From positions 53,630,001-53,694,000 of the forward strand of contig NC_042999.1 in NCBI RefSeq assembly GCF_006345805.1: a stretch of DNA of 64,000 nucleotides, in the 5' to 3' direction. The notes under the pieces are model-generated. The model ran no database searches. It was not told the DNA's origin and saw nothing but the letters and a program-made list of their open reading frames with translations. Positions 51,460 to 64,000 of the stretch are shown here, one piece after another (position 1 is the stretch's first letter; each line of letters opens with the position of its first letter). The translations under genes and the position numbers were made by a program. The stretch comes from Octopus sinensis (Eukaryota).

Positions 51460-51573
51460 TAATTATAATAATAATAACATAATAATAATAATAATAATGA
51501 TAATAATAATAATGATAATGATAATAATGATAATAATAATAATAATAATAATATAATAATAATAATGATAATT

Positions 51574-51604
<31 letters not shown>

Positions 51605-51609
51605 TGATA

Positions 51610-51650
<41 letters not shown>

Positions 51651-51661
51651 TAATAATAATA

Positions 51662-51719
<58 letters not shown>
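51386..51719. repeat. Long (TAA)n tract inside the Dong train
   Basis: Direct inspection. Confidence 0.97.
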
Positions 51720-51721
51720 CC

Positions 51722-51990
51722 GAAAACAGAAACAATTCCTATCATAGTAGGTGCATTAGGCATGATAAAAAAATATTCAGATAAATACATAACAAAAACA
51801 CCAGGACTTACAAACACATATAACATACAGAAAATTGCACTACTAGGCACTGCACACATCCTACGCAGAACACTTTCCATACAATAACCATCAGAGCATC
51901 ACAACAAATCACAGCACATACCCAAGGCACACAGAGCTGCGCTCGGTAGTGAAGTGAAAGCACGCTATAAAAATAAAAATAAAACTACTG
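51722..51990 (+). mobile_element. Young, heavily 5'-truncated copy of Dong family 1
   Basis: Nearly identical to 8423-8685; I see one substitution and a short extra A-rich unit near the 3' end. Ends ACTACTG followed by AATAAT. Confidence 0.95.
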
Positions 51991-52014
51991 AATAATAATA
52001 ATAATAATAATAAT

Positions 52015-52589
52015 CACCAACCTGAGGCTGTAACTGAAGGAGAAAATGTAACCATTCTGTGGGACTTTCCAGTACATACAGACCGAACCATCAAGGTCAA
52101 TAAACCAGATATTGTTGTGAAAGACCAAAACAATAAATTTTGCTTATTGATCGACATGAGCATCCCCTGTGATCATAATATCTCAGCGAAAGAGTTTGAC
52201 AAGCTCAGAAAATATAAAGACCTACTCATTGAAATAGAGAAAATGTGGCATGTCAAGGCGGTTACAATACCAGTGATCGTAGGAGCACTAGGAATGATCA
52301 AGAAGGGAACCGAAAATTATATGAGAATGATCCCTGGCTTACCATCCCTGCAAGAAGTGCAAAAGATTGTCTTAACTGGTACATCACACGTATTGAGAAG
52401 AGCATTGTCGATGTGAGAACTGTTGCTGCTCATGTATTTTAATTTAACTTTAAAAAAAAATTAAAAAATGAACGAACTATTGAGTTTCGTTTAATGGCCT
52501 ACCAATGTATACTATGAGCTTCTTTGCCCTATGAGTCGGGAAGACACTCGGCAAGAAATGGAAGCAAATTTGAAAGAAGAAAAAAATGT
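52015..52589 (+). mobile_element. 5'-truncated Dong-type element, family 2 (RLE domain plus distinct 3' UTR)
   Basis: Encodes EGENVTILWDFPVHTDRTIKVNKPDIVVKDQNNKFCLLIDMSIPCD...KLRKYKDL...LRRALSM*. The 3' UTR is unrelated to family 1 and is followed by AATAAT. Confidence 0.92.
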
Positions 52590-52603
52590 AATAATAATAA
52601 TAA

Positions 52604-52634
<31 letters not shown>

Positions 52635-52711
52635 AGAAGAAGAAGAAGAAGAAGAAGAAGAAGAAGAAGAAGAAGAAGAAGAAGAAGAAAAAGAAGAAGA
52701 AGAAGATGAAG
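52590..52711. repeat. (TAA)n switching to (GAA)n
   Basis: Direct inspection. Confidence 0.95.
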
Positions 52712-53959
52712 AAAAGAGGGAGGCCGTGGTCTTTTGCAACTGGCAATAACAATGAAGATTGCTGCAATTGGCCTAGACACTTACCTGAAAAAGTCTGAGG
52801 ACTGGATGTTAAAACTTGTCTCAAAACATGAAAACAAGAAAGCATCATACTCAGTAACAAAACAGGCAAAGGAATATCTAAGTCAATTCCGAATACAACC
52901 AATTTCGGAATTAGATATAGACATACAAGAAACAAGCACAGAAAAAGCTAGGCGCATGAAAACCCGTGCCAAAACTGCAGCCTTAGATATTCTGAATAAT
53001 AAATGGCAAGGAAAACCTCTCTATGGCAAATACCCAAAGAGAGCGAATAATGCAGATATTGACAAAGCCCTGACCCATCAATGGCTAATGGCCTATGGCT
53101 TAAAATCTGAAACAGAAGGGTTTATCATAGCAGCTCAAGATCAATGCCTACCAACAAGAAACTACCAGGCCAACATATTAAAGAACGGCAGTAGCCCAAC
53201 ATGTCGTGTATGCCGACAACAAAATGAAACCATTGATCATGTTGTCTCCAAATGCAGTCTTCTAGCGCCTACAGAGTACCTCAACAGGCATGATAGAGCT
53301 GCACAATATATTCACTGGGTAATTTGCAAAGACCTGTATTTGCCCCATGAAAAAAATTGGTGGGAACAGAATCCACCTCCAGTGCTTGAAAATGACCACA
53401 TTTCATTCCTTTGGAACTTCACCATTCAAACTGACAGAAAGATAGATGCAAATAGTCCAGACATCATATCGAAGGACTTCAGACAGAGAACATGCCTCCT
53501 CATTGATATGACTGTCCCAATCGATATAAACGTATCTGTCAAGACCTACCAAAAACTGAGCAAATATAAAGATCTTGAAATAGGAATCAGCAAAATGTGG
53601 AAGCTGAAGACTAAAACAATACCTGTTGTCATCGGTGCCCTGAGAATGATAGCGAAAGGGGCTGATTGCTACCTAACTCAGATACCAGGAAACCCCAAAA
53701 TGGCAGAAATTCAAAAGATAGTGCTCATGGGAACTGCTCATATCCTACGCAAAATACTCTCTATGTAATCCCAAGGTTTAAAACAAACTTTTTTTTTAAA
53801 TTTATGTATTAGACATTCACTAGTACAACACCAAAAAAAAACCAAATATATGGCACACTAGGCATAACAACAACGTGAACTTCCAACCTGTTGTCTCTTG
53901 AGGTCTCTGTATGAGACTTGGAGCCAACTTGTACAGACATAAAGCAAAAGTCAAACATA

Positions 53960-53960
<1 letters not shown>
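52712..53960 (+). mobile_element. 5'-truncated Dong-type element, family 3 (open 344-aa C-terminal ORF 52734-53768)
   Basis: KEGGRGLLQL...GLKSETEGFIIAAQDQ, CRVCRQQNETIDHVVSKC, YLNRHDRAA, SPDII...LLIDMTVP, KLSKYKDL. Its own 3' UTR ends CAAACATAG followed by (AAT)n. Confidence 0.93.
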
Positions 53961-54033
<73 letters not shown>

Positions 54034-54037
54034 TAAT

Positions 54038-54180
54038 AGTGATTTTGATATTGGCGTTTTGATGTTAGGTATCGTGGAAAAAGACCCTGCGATACCCTTG
54101 ACAAATGGTTGTTGTCCGCTCTTCCAGCATAAGCAGGAGCAAGTGAAATCAAGAACTCTGAGAAATGAGATTAAAATTAC
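54038..54180 (+). mobile_element. Possible 3' UTR remnant of a further TAA-inserted element
   Basis: About 140 bp of unique sequence between TAA tracts at the end of the Dong train, with no recognisable coding motif. Called from position only. Confidence 0.3.
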
Positions 54181-54226
54181 AATAATAAAAAATGATAATA
54201 ATAATAACAATAATAATAATAATAAC

Positions 54227-54298
<72 letters not shown>

Positions 54299-56314
54299 GA
54301 AATAGAAATAGAAATAGAAAGTCAAGTGAACACAAAAAATGCAGAAAAATTTTGGAGTGCTGAGAAGAATTACAAATGAAGACGTATAGAATTCGTTAAC
54401 AGCTGAAATTAAAAGCTAATTGGGTGTGAATTAGATTCCTGAAATATGTCTTCCTTCATTAATATGCAGGAAAAAAATTATGTAAAGTTGGGCATGGAAA
54501 CTTAATTAGTAGACAATAAGTGCTGTCTTGATAAAATGTAGTTTCTGTGAATAATTATGTTAAACGGTATAACAATGAAGTGATTGTCCTTGGTTAATAG
54601 AAAAACAGATTGGTTAGAATAAAAAATTTCAATGATGTATGAAACCAAAAGAATGTGGAACGTAATTTCTGTTGAGATTTTCATCATTAGAAAATCGAGC
54701 AATCACAGACAGGCAGATTTAATTGCATCAAACAAACTATATCAGAAGAGATGCTGCTGTTGTTGTTCAAACACAGGTCAAGTATCGCTGAAGATATGAA
54801 TGATCATGTAATTCCAGTCAAGATCATTTAGTGATTTTAGTGTAATGTAGAACTGGGGTATCTCTTCTGAACTTTGTTGGTGAATGTGTGAAGAATATGC
54901 GTGTTGTACTTTAGTAGACCAAGCTGAGCCTCAAAAGCTTCTTCTTCCACACAATATGTATTTTGGTGTGTCCGGTGCCAGTGAGAATTAATCACCAAAG
55001 CAAACAGAAAATGAAGCAGAGAAATTATTAGAAGGATGGCCATTAAAATGTATTGATTAAGGTAAGATTAAACAGGTGAAAATATGTTCAATCGGTAAAG
55101 AGGCATAGTCCAGTGGTCATATTGTTGAGCTGAAGATCGTAAGATTGTAATTTCGATTACCGGAGTGGACGCGAGTAGTCTCCTTGAGCAAGGTACATTA
55201 GTTTACCTTATCCAAGTCCACTGCGCTTAAAGTAGTCATCAGTCTGACTCTGGTGTAGCTGTTCTCCCTCTTTCTGCCCCTCCCTCTCCCCCTTTTCTCT
55301 CTCTCTCTCCTGTTACATCCCAGATGTACTGTCGATCAAATACAGATGGAGTGAGAGTGTGCGTTTATGTCTGTTCGTGGCTATGAAACTACAATAGGAA
55401 TACATCATCGCATGTAGATATAAATCTAGGGCCAAACATATTTCTCTCAATAACCGACACCTCTTTAATTTACTATATTCAATATTCAATATGGACGTAT
55501 GTTTTTTTTATTCTAAAAGTCATTGTTTCAGGAGAATTTTACAGGTATTGTCAGCTGGTCAGAAGAAAAGACAAAGACGCCTCAACTGAGAAAGTGCACA
55601 CGTACAGATGCTAAGCTGCTGTGATATGTGAAGTTGGAAAAGCAATTTAGAAAGGTAGAGTTCAGATTTATATAAAGAAGTGAAAACTCTAAATTCTGCC
55701 GCTCTTCATCAGTCACTTGGCTACTATTCCCAAGGAACATTAATCATCTCAATCTCACCGATTTCGGACGACCAGGAAAGGCCCTAATGCATACTCTTTC
55801 ATAGAATAAACAAATTTAAAGCAGAAAAAGAATCAACTCAGCAAAATAAGTGACGACATTTTTATGATCGCTCAGTCATTCAGAGAGTGATGACACGGGT
55901 TCATGCAGTTAGGGTGTTGGGTTGACAACCATAGGTTCGACTCTTAGACCGGGCTACGCAAGGCACATCGTTTCTTCACAACATAAAATGATCACCAGAT
56001 TAGTAGAGGTGCAGCCCTCATTTCCTCGTTGTTCCACTGTGGCAAAGGTGAAGAGGGTTCAGAATGTCAAAGGGGGCCGAGAAGTTCTTTCAGATTAAAA
56101 TATATCGAAATTCATAAATAGATAGACAGAAATACTGAAGGCAAAGATTAGGTAATCTGGTTATCACTGAGGTCGAAGCCTGTCTTCCTGTGATAGCCTC
56201 AAAATTGTTCTTCTTTAATCTGTTTGGAATCCCAGGAAACTGCGGTTGCTACATCTGTTCCTCTCTGCCATATTCATTTCTTTTCCTATTTTTTCCAACA
56301 CCTCAGGTGAGTTT

Positions 56315-56315
<1 letters not shown>

Positions 56316-56352
<37 letters not shown>

Positions 56353-56482
56353 ACTACTACTACTAATATTAATACTATGACGACGACTGCTACTACTACC
56401 ATCAACACTACTACTACCATCAACACTACTACTACCATCAACACTACTACTACCATCAACACTACTACTACTATGACGACTG

Positions 56483-56526
<44 letters not shown>

Positions 56527-56527
56527 G

Positions 56528-56565
<38 letters not shown>
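56316..56565. repeat. (CTA)n microsatellite containing an 18-bp unit x4
   Basis: TACTACTACCATCAACAC repeated four times at about 56391-56462. Confidence 0.93.
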
Positions 56566-56566
<1 letters not shown>

Positions 56567-57501
56567 GACATGTAGCATGTTATTCTTCTGCCTATCGACT
56601 TCACTACTGTAACCTCGACAGTGGTTGCCACTAGAATTGTGGGTGTCTTCTCCTATATCCGCCTCATTGGATTCCATGTTCAGATATATATGTTGTTAAA
56701 TGTCCAGCAGTAAAAAATTTAAGAGATCACAAAAAAATATATTGTCATAAAACCATCGAATAGCGCCGATAATCCTATAATTTAGTTGAATTAATAATGA
56801 GCAGGTTGAAACAAGTTTGTCACTGGTAATTCTAGAAATAATAGTTAGTAATAATTGAATTCTTTGTTGAATAGCCACCGAAGAATCGAGTGAAAATAGA
56901 CAAAACCTGTATAAAGCAAGTAGCTACTTGCACCAAAACTTCACAATTCTGAGCAAATATAACTTAGAACGGATATAATAATCCAATCACTGGCCCAGTA
57001 TTTAAGGTGTTGATTATATTTCCAATTTCTTCTTTACTTAAGCAGCTCGTACGAAGCTGTAAAACTAGAAATTACTTTCAATAAATTCTCACAGTGACAG
57101 GAAGCATTCGCTAAAGAAGGAGAAATTATTGATTCTCAGCAGAATGAAAGCCTGGACTTCTAAATTATTTTATATAATCGCTGGTTTCTTAGCTCTTCAA
57201 CAAGTTGAGTAATCATTTGAAAAGTATACTTTTACCAGAGAATTGGAAATGTTGCTAGGACGCGTTCTATGTCGATAAGGGGTAGTCATTGGTAAACTCT
57301 TCTGTTATTGCGGATAAAAACTAAAACCAAAAATAAGTATGGATTGGTCAGTCGAATTACGAAAAGGGGTTTAACTCATCAAGTCCCAGGGTACTTGAAT
57401 TTCTGAATGTTACGTTTAAACTTTTACAGATGATTGAAAATAGGTTAAAATGAGAAAAAATAATTATTAAAACTCCTTTACTTCAAGTAGAAATGGAAAT
57501 A

Positions 57502-57618
57502 CTCGGTGTCCTATAAATAGGACACCGAGACAATGTGATATAGCTTATTTAATGTTCCCATTTAGTGTCCTATTTATAGGACAGTGGGATTTAGTGGGTT
57601 AATAACGTATAGGACAGT
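57502..57618. repeat. Cluster of palindromic TGTCCTAT-NN-ATAGGACA motifs
   Basis: Perfect 13-bp arms at 57502-57529, a second palindrome at 57566-57583 and a half-site at 57608-57618. Confidence 0.85.
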
Positions 57619-58399
57619 TGGTGAACAGAGCGACGACTTTTATGTTTTCTCAGCTCACTCAAATTATAAAACATCATTAGAATTGCAAAATAAAATTATG
57701 TCAAGCCTAGGAGTCTTGTGCCTATCAGCTAAAGAAATAACCTGTCTCGCCATACTTTTGAGGAATTCTGAACTTACAAACTTGTCCGTTTAAATACAGG
57801 AGTCAATTTGCTTCATTTGTGACCGACAAACTCTATGCAGTCGCCTCTATTCAGACACCAGTATGAGACATCGTAGAGATATATAACTAACAACGGACAG
57901 AAAATTAGTCATAATAACAAAATTGTGTGGGCTTAGATTAAAGTACAGCAACTATACCAAGATGGAGCAAATTACCGATGTGTTTAAAATAGGTTAGATT
58001 TAAATAAATGAGATAAATGTACAGTACAAAGCTACAGAATACAACCGGATTCTTAGATGTAGTAAATACTGATACACGTCACAATAATGAAGAATAAAAT
58101 TATTAAATACTATTTTATGAGAGGGACATCAAAACCTAACTCAATACTAAAAAGCTGTAATATTGTTTGCTACAGTAATCAAACAAGTATTAAAAATACA
58201 CTGATTCAATGGGATAAATTGAAAACTAAACAAAACATCGATCTTAAATGAGAGAATCGGGGAAATATTTATCACATTTCTGATCCTCTATTCTAATGCA
58301 AACCAGTTGCGAAGAGACATTATTGATTAATTCAGAATTCCCACTGGAATAAGTTTTACTAAGCTCAGTGACACTTGAATGATTTAAGATGCTTTTGTT

Positions 58400-59940
58400 T
58401 CTACCTTGTACAGATTGCCAACTTCCCGGACCTCACAAACTGCAGCCGGATCGTTTGGTTTCCCTACAATGTTGTGGAACAACCTGAATTTGAACCCTTC
58501 ACGTGTGTTCATTTTTCTCTTTCGAAATCTATCTTGTATTCATCTGGCAAAACTCATCCAAACTCTCCTTCTTCATTCCACGACAGACATAACTCGCGTG
58601 AAAACACTTTCAGTCACTTCACACCGACAAAATCACCAGTCCTAAGGATTTTCATTCTGAATCCTAGAATTATTCTCATTCATCACCAAATTCTTCAAAC
58701 TTAATCCATCTAAAAGAAACTATCCTAAGATTTGGAAAAATGGTCATGCAGTGCTTTTAGTTCCCAAGACGAGGTAACTCCTTGGCTCTCTCCATTTGTC
58801 GGCCTATTGAAATACTTTTCGAAATTTCAAAGTTGTTCATAAACTTTCATGTCCAGTATCTCTCACGCACTGATTATCTATACGGTTTCTCATGAACCGT
58901 ATCACATCAGAATCTATCCTACCCCGTAACACCCCACTATAGTATTATCACGTCAACAAAAGTTCCTTCTGTGTGGTCTAAGAACTTCCTGGCTAAACTA
59001 TCATTCCAGAAACTCCATTCTTCTCCAATCTTCATTGTATTCACTTTACGATGTACACTGACAGGACTTTTTTCCTGTCACGCACTCTGCAGACTTTGAT
59101 AAGCTCCAGGTTTTGGTTTGGTTGGGTTGGGTTACCCACATTCTTCATCTTATGCATAAACGACCGATTGGCAAACATTTGTAAGATGGTTACATCCTTA
59201 AACGCCTGCATCACTAGTGTTTAAATTGCTTTGATAACGCCAGACGCCTCGCACTAAATCTTCACTGTTTCCGTAGGCTAAGGCTTGGGAAATATCATTT
59301 CTCCACTGAAAGCAAATAAAGTGGCCTCTTTTCAACAGCTGAGAATGTATAACAACCAAACGATCTTCTACCTCACTATGTCTAATGTTCGACAATAAGC
59401 AAGAAGAACCCTTAGAATTACTTCAAATTCTAAGATTGATATCATTGGAAGCCGCTCATCATTCTTGCACACAGGTGATATTTCTAAACTTGTAGTCCAA
59501 AGATTTGCCTTATTCTTTAGAACCAGACAATATTTCAGCTTCGACCAATTGTTGTCCACTTCCAAAATGCCACATTTGGGATGGCGTGATTGTTAAACAC
59601 ACAAATAGCTGAGACGCCATCGGAAAACGTTTTCAAAGGAATCGACAAAAACACACTCAGAATACACTAACACCTCTCATCTACAGACATGCTCTGTCCT
59701 GTCTATGTCAATACGCCCATTATTACAAAAGCATTTGCTACTCTGATATAACGTGTTGCATTCCACCTCCTCCCTCGTCTACATCTGTTTGCCTCTAGCC
59801 TCACGTTTAGTGCCTGAATAACCACTTATTGCAATCGTTCTTCCTCGGAACCTCCTGACCACGTTCCTTTAATGCCTTGATTGCTTTCCTGCAGACGTTA
59901 ACCTCAAAGGTTTTCGAGCTGAATGTAAATTGCAATGATG
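58400..59940 (+). mobile_element. Highly decayed CR1/L2-group (APE-type) LINE, RT and C-terminal region
   Basis: Frame-broken motifs in the expected order: TPTKSPV, YPKIWKNGHAVLLVPK, ALFFRTRQYFSFDQLLS, CHIWDG, HALSCLC..YYKSICYSDI, SFFPR(T)-like and FPADVNLKGF. Confidence 0.7.
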
Positions 59941-60527
59941 TCACCAAAATAGCTGACCCAACAAAATATTACAGCTGCTGCTCCGTTTACAATCTGGGAT
60001 ATAGAATGTTAGTAAACAGCTGCATATCTCGAAAAATTCTTTGAAACAAGAAAACGTTGAAAGATTTCTATATTAAGACAGCATGCGATAAAGGAAGATT
60101 TTTTTGAATCATGATTAAAAGATTAATATAAACTAGAAGTTAATTTCAGGGAGATAAAAGATTGAGGATGAAAATCAAACAAAAAAAATGCTTAGAAATT
60201 AAAACAGAAAAATGACAATGCAAAAGAACAAAACTATGAATTTAGTTGTTGCGAGACTGAACAGAGAATAACAAATCGATGACGTAAGACAGCAATGGAT
60301 GGTTTAAGTAGACAAAATCAATAATTAACCATATGAACCACTAGTAAAATATATACGAAAATGATGAAACAAGAAACTAAATTTAAGAGAAGTAGGTAAC
60401 AATATATTTCTGATTTAGATTCTCTAAAGACATAACCTGTCCATAAATGGCGTATGAAGTATTCTGGTACTGATGTATGCAAAGATGTGAGATGGAGACT
60501 CATGGGTTTAGCGAAATCTCTTATACT

Positions 60528-60734
60528 TGTTTCAGTCATTAGAATGTGGTCATGCTGGGAAAAAGGCCTTGGAGAGCAAAAAGTCGGATGAATCGACCTC
60601 AACACGACCTATTAAGCCTGCTACTCTTTGCTGGATCACTAAGTTACGGGACGTAAACACATCAACATCGATTTTCAATCAGCGGTGAGGGACAAGCACA
60701 ATCACAAAGCCACACACATACATTATACATGTGT

Positions 60735-60800
<66 letters not shown>

Positions 60801-60962
60801 ACACGACGGTCTTCTTTCAGTTTACATCTATCAAAACCACTCACAAGGCTATGGTCCATCGAGGCTGCTGTAGAAGACACTTGCCCAAGGTGCATCGTTA
60901 TGGGACGGACTGAACCCGGAACCATGCGACTGGGAATCAAACGTTTTACCAAACAGCCGTGC
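60528..60962 (-). mobile_element. SINE family A, older full-length copy
   Basis: Reverse complement of tail, body, (TG)n and head, more diverged. Confidence 0.8.
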
Positions 60963-61402
60963 TCGGTGAAAATTCCATATCTGAGATTAGTTTTTTTATA
61001 AATTTTATTATTAAAGTTTCTCGTAAGGATTATACTGTTGGGATCGATGGCGTTAGTTTCAACGCTTGAACATTTTAAAATCTTCCAAATGGAAAGTTGC
61101 AAGAAATACATGCAGCGGGTGGAAAAATCTAGACATCCGACATATCGAGGGTGGGATGAAGAATCGGGTTTGGTGTGTCACCTGGAAGATTGGTGTGGAA
61201 ACAAGGCCGGTAAGGAGGAGAGTTGAGCCATGAGTATTTGATGGTATTATCAGGTCAAAAGGTCACAATAGTGATAGGAAAACAGGGAGAAGAGAAGGAA
61301 GGTTCACAAGCCAAAGTCTTAAGCATATTTGCAGAGTCTTCATACAATCAGTAGAATGGCTTTTCTTAGATACAGATTAGGATGTAAGTCTATATCTACA
61401 TA

Positions 61403-61484
<82 letters not shown>

Positions 61485-61908
61485 TCAGTAATAATATAGG
61501 GTGAAATTAATTAATTTGGAATAATCATTAATTTCACCAAGTAGATTTCGGCATGTAAAAACCCCATTCGAGGAAGGTTTAAGTAATATTAAGTAATTAG
61601 GGGTTTAGCAACGATTTGCCTCACCACACACCGAGTTTAGAAATAGCAGTCAAAGAGTTATGGCTATTCTTTCTAAGAGAAAGAAATGACGACAATCATT
61701 CTATATTAAGTCACCTACGGACGTACGTTTCGAAATTAAGTCTTAGGAAAGCATAAAAATTAGATAATTATGTCTTACCCAACTATTTTTCTCTTCAGCG
61801 TACGACTCTACAATTATGAATAATTGTATATTAAATCTGGAGGTACTAGAAGACATCACCTCAACTCATGGTATCAGAGCGAGCTTCAGCCGTTACCAGT
61901 ATCACCAA

Positions 61909-62049
61909 ATTCAAAGTGTGAATGAAAGTGGTGTGGTTTTACTGAGATCTCCCTTTTAAGTAGAAGAATAGCCATAACTCTTTGACTGCTATTTCTAAAC
62001 TCGGTGTGTGGTGAGGCAAATCGTTGCTAAACCCTGCTAAACCCTTAAT

Positions 62050-62117
<68 letters not shown>

Positions 62118-62251
62118 GTAATTAAGGGTTTAGCAACGATTTGCCTCACCACACACCGAGTTTAGAAATAGCAGTCAAATAGTTATGGCTATTCTTTCTA
62201 CTTAAAAGGGAGATCTCAGTAAACCACAGCACTTTCATTCACACTTTGAAT
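61909..62251. repeat. Long inverted repeat (about 135-145 bp arms) centred on a (TA)n tract
   Basis: Arm 61909-62052 is the reverse complement of 62118-62251 apart from a few mismatches and a 10-bp duplication. A third partial copy lies at about 61591-61676. Confidence 0.93.
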
Positions 62252-62300
62252 GTATATATATATATTATATATATATAATAATATATAATATAAATACACA

Positions 62301-62352
<52 letters not shown>

Positions 62353-62418
62353 TATAATATATATATATATATATATAATATATATACATATATATAATAT
62401 ATATATATATATATATAG

Positions 62419-62457
<39 letters not shown>

Positions 62458-63829
62458 GAGAGAGAGAGAGAGGAGAGACATATGCATCCCCCTATCACAC
62501 ACCTACACCCGCACATATACAAACATATGCATATCCGTATAAATGAAGGAAACCTGTGCATGAAGGTCGCACTTTTGCATCGGACATTCTTGCACTCACA
62601 TAATACATATACGCATACACGTATAAAATATAGATATACACGTATAAACATATAAAATTTATACTTACATATACATATACTCACAAAAGAACACACTCAC
62701 ACAACTAAAAAAGAAAAAAGAAAAGAATGAAAAATTATATGTCTAAAATAAAGAAATTAAAGGACGTTTAGACATATGGGAGGCTTGTGCTGGAACATAG
62801 TAAAAATGCGGATTCTATCCGTGATCTTGGTGGGTCCCAATACCGTAAATGGTATTTTGCCACATGTGGACATGATCCAAAAAAAGTTCAGTTCCTATAC
62901 ATATATATATGCATTGTGTGTGTGTGTGCGTGTGTTTGCGTTTGCATGTGTATGTGTGTGTGCGTGGGTGCGCGCGTGTGTGTGTCTGTGTGTGTGTATC
63001 CGTGTTTATGTTCCGGCATTGTAGTCAAAGAAGAATGAATAATTGGATATCAAATGTGAGAAGAGAAAACAGCTCTTCATTGTGAGACTGACATAACTTT
63101 CCCAGGGTCATAGTAACATTTAGTGGATGAAATTTTTTTTTCCTGAGAAGAAAAGCACGTGTCAATGAGACGAAGTTTGCATTTTTCCACGAAAGATCCT
63201 CACGTATAATAAAAAAAAAATTACCAGTGAGTGCAGCCGTGTGGCTGGCTCCTTGGTACATGCTACGCCTTCCAAATGCTTTGAAATATGAGGACGATTT
63301 CCCATGCTTACAATTTTATTTTTTTATTTTATTTTTTTTTGCTGTTGCTGAAATTAAGATTAATGTAAATTTATTAGAAGAAATGTGTGTAACCTTTGTC
63401 CATTGGGCCAGTATATAATCTCTGTGGGGTTTCCATTCTGCATGCGGATTGTACTTCGGAGCTGGGGCTGATATAACACGCTCCTATGTATGCCTTCGTG
63501 AGTACGCCAGTGCGTTCCCATTTCAGTTGGCCTTGCCGCTAAATATTGCATATTTCCTTATCCAGTATTTCCTCCCACTCAGCACAATAAGAATTCGGGC
63601 AACGCGAGCACTGTCAGTATTGTATTTATTTTCAAATCATACTTGACGGAGATACGCAATAGTCTTTATTATACGTTGATCGACATGTACGAACATTCAC
63701 AGGAATCCATACAGCACTTGTATGGAGACAAAAGCAGAAGCTGAATTATATTGTACTCGATATACACAGATGGCGAAGAAGAGTGAAACGCAAGATATTA
63801 AAATCCGTCCAAAATTGAAGTGTGTTTAA

Positions 63830-63942
63830 TAATATATATTTAGACAATTATGTTTAATTTTATAATTATAATTATCATTATGATTAAATATTATTATTAT
63901 AATTTTATTAATGATATTATTATTTTTATTATTATGATTATG

Positions 63943-64000
<58 letters not shown>
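63830..64000. repeat. Degenerate-to-pure (ATT)n tract running off the window end
   Basis: Direct inspection. Confidence 0.9.

Noticed and set aside
61540-61740. GG...CC-GAAAT and GAAACGTACGTC motifs on the minus strand resembling the 3' half of a hammerhead
   Set aside because: No YUGANRA core or pairing stem II upstream in these copies.
61869-61880. TGGTATCAGAGC directly after CA, resembling an LTR-retrotransposon primer-binding site
   Set aside because: This is the plant-type initiator tRNA-Met complement; the metazoan one would read TGGTAGCAGAG. There is no paired LTR, gag/pol or PPT nearby, so it is probably chance.

Overview
AT-rich, microsatellite-dense eukaryotic DNA, most likely an octopus intergenic or intronic region (inferred from the repeat families I recognise; not checked against a database). 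I could not confidently identify any host protein-coding gene, and almost all short ORFs in the track are translated microsatellites or SINEs. Real coding remnants are all transposon-derived. They include a near full-length R4/Dong-type RLE non-LTR retrotransposon in a (TAA)n tract (4737-8685) and a head-to-tail train of 5'-truncated Dong-type elements from at least three families in one (TAA)n tract (about 50.1-54.3 kb). There are also two decayed copies of a second RLE lineage, a mariner, a Tc1 fragment, an RTE 3' end and a decayed CR1/L2-group LINE. Non-coding elements include a non-autonomous Helitron, many tRNA-derived SINEs with swappable modules, MITE-like palindromes and long foldbacks. 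The most interesting signal is a set of minimal type-I hammerhead-ribozyme-like motifs with a U3 core variant, best at 17750-17786 on the minus strand. Three of the four lie in short non-coding elements at (TA)n tracts, suggesting Penelope-associated or retrozyme-like elements that parallel the TAA-targeting Dong system. All calls were made by eye and boundaries are approximate.
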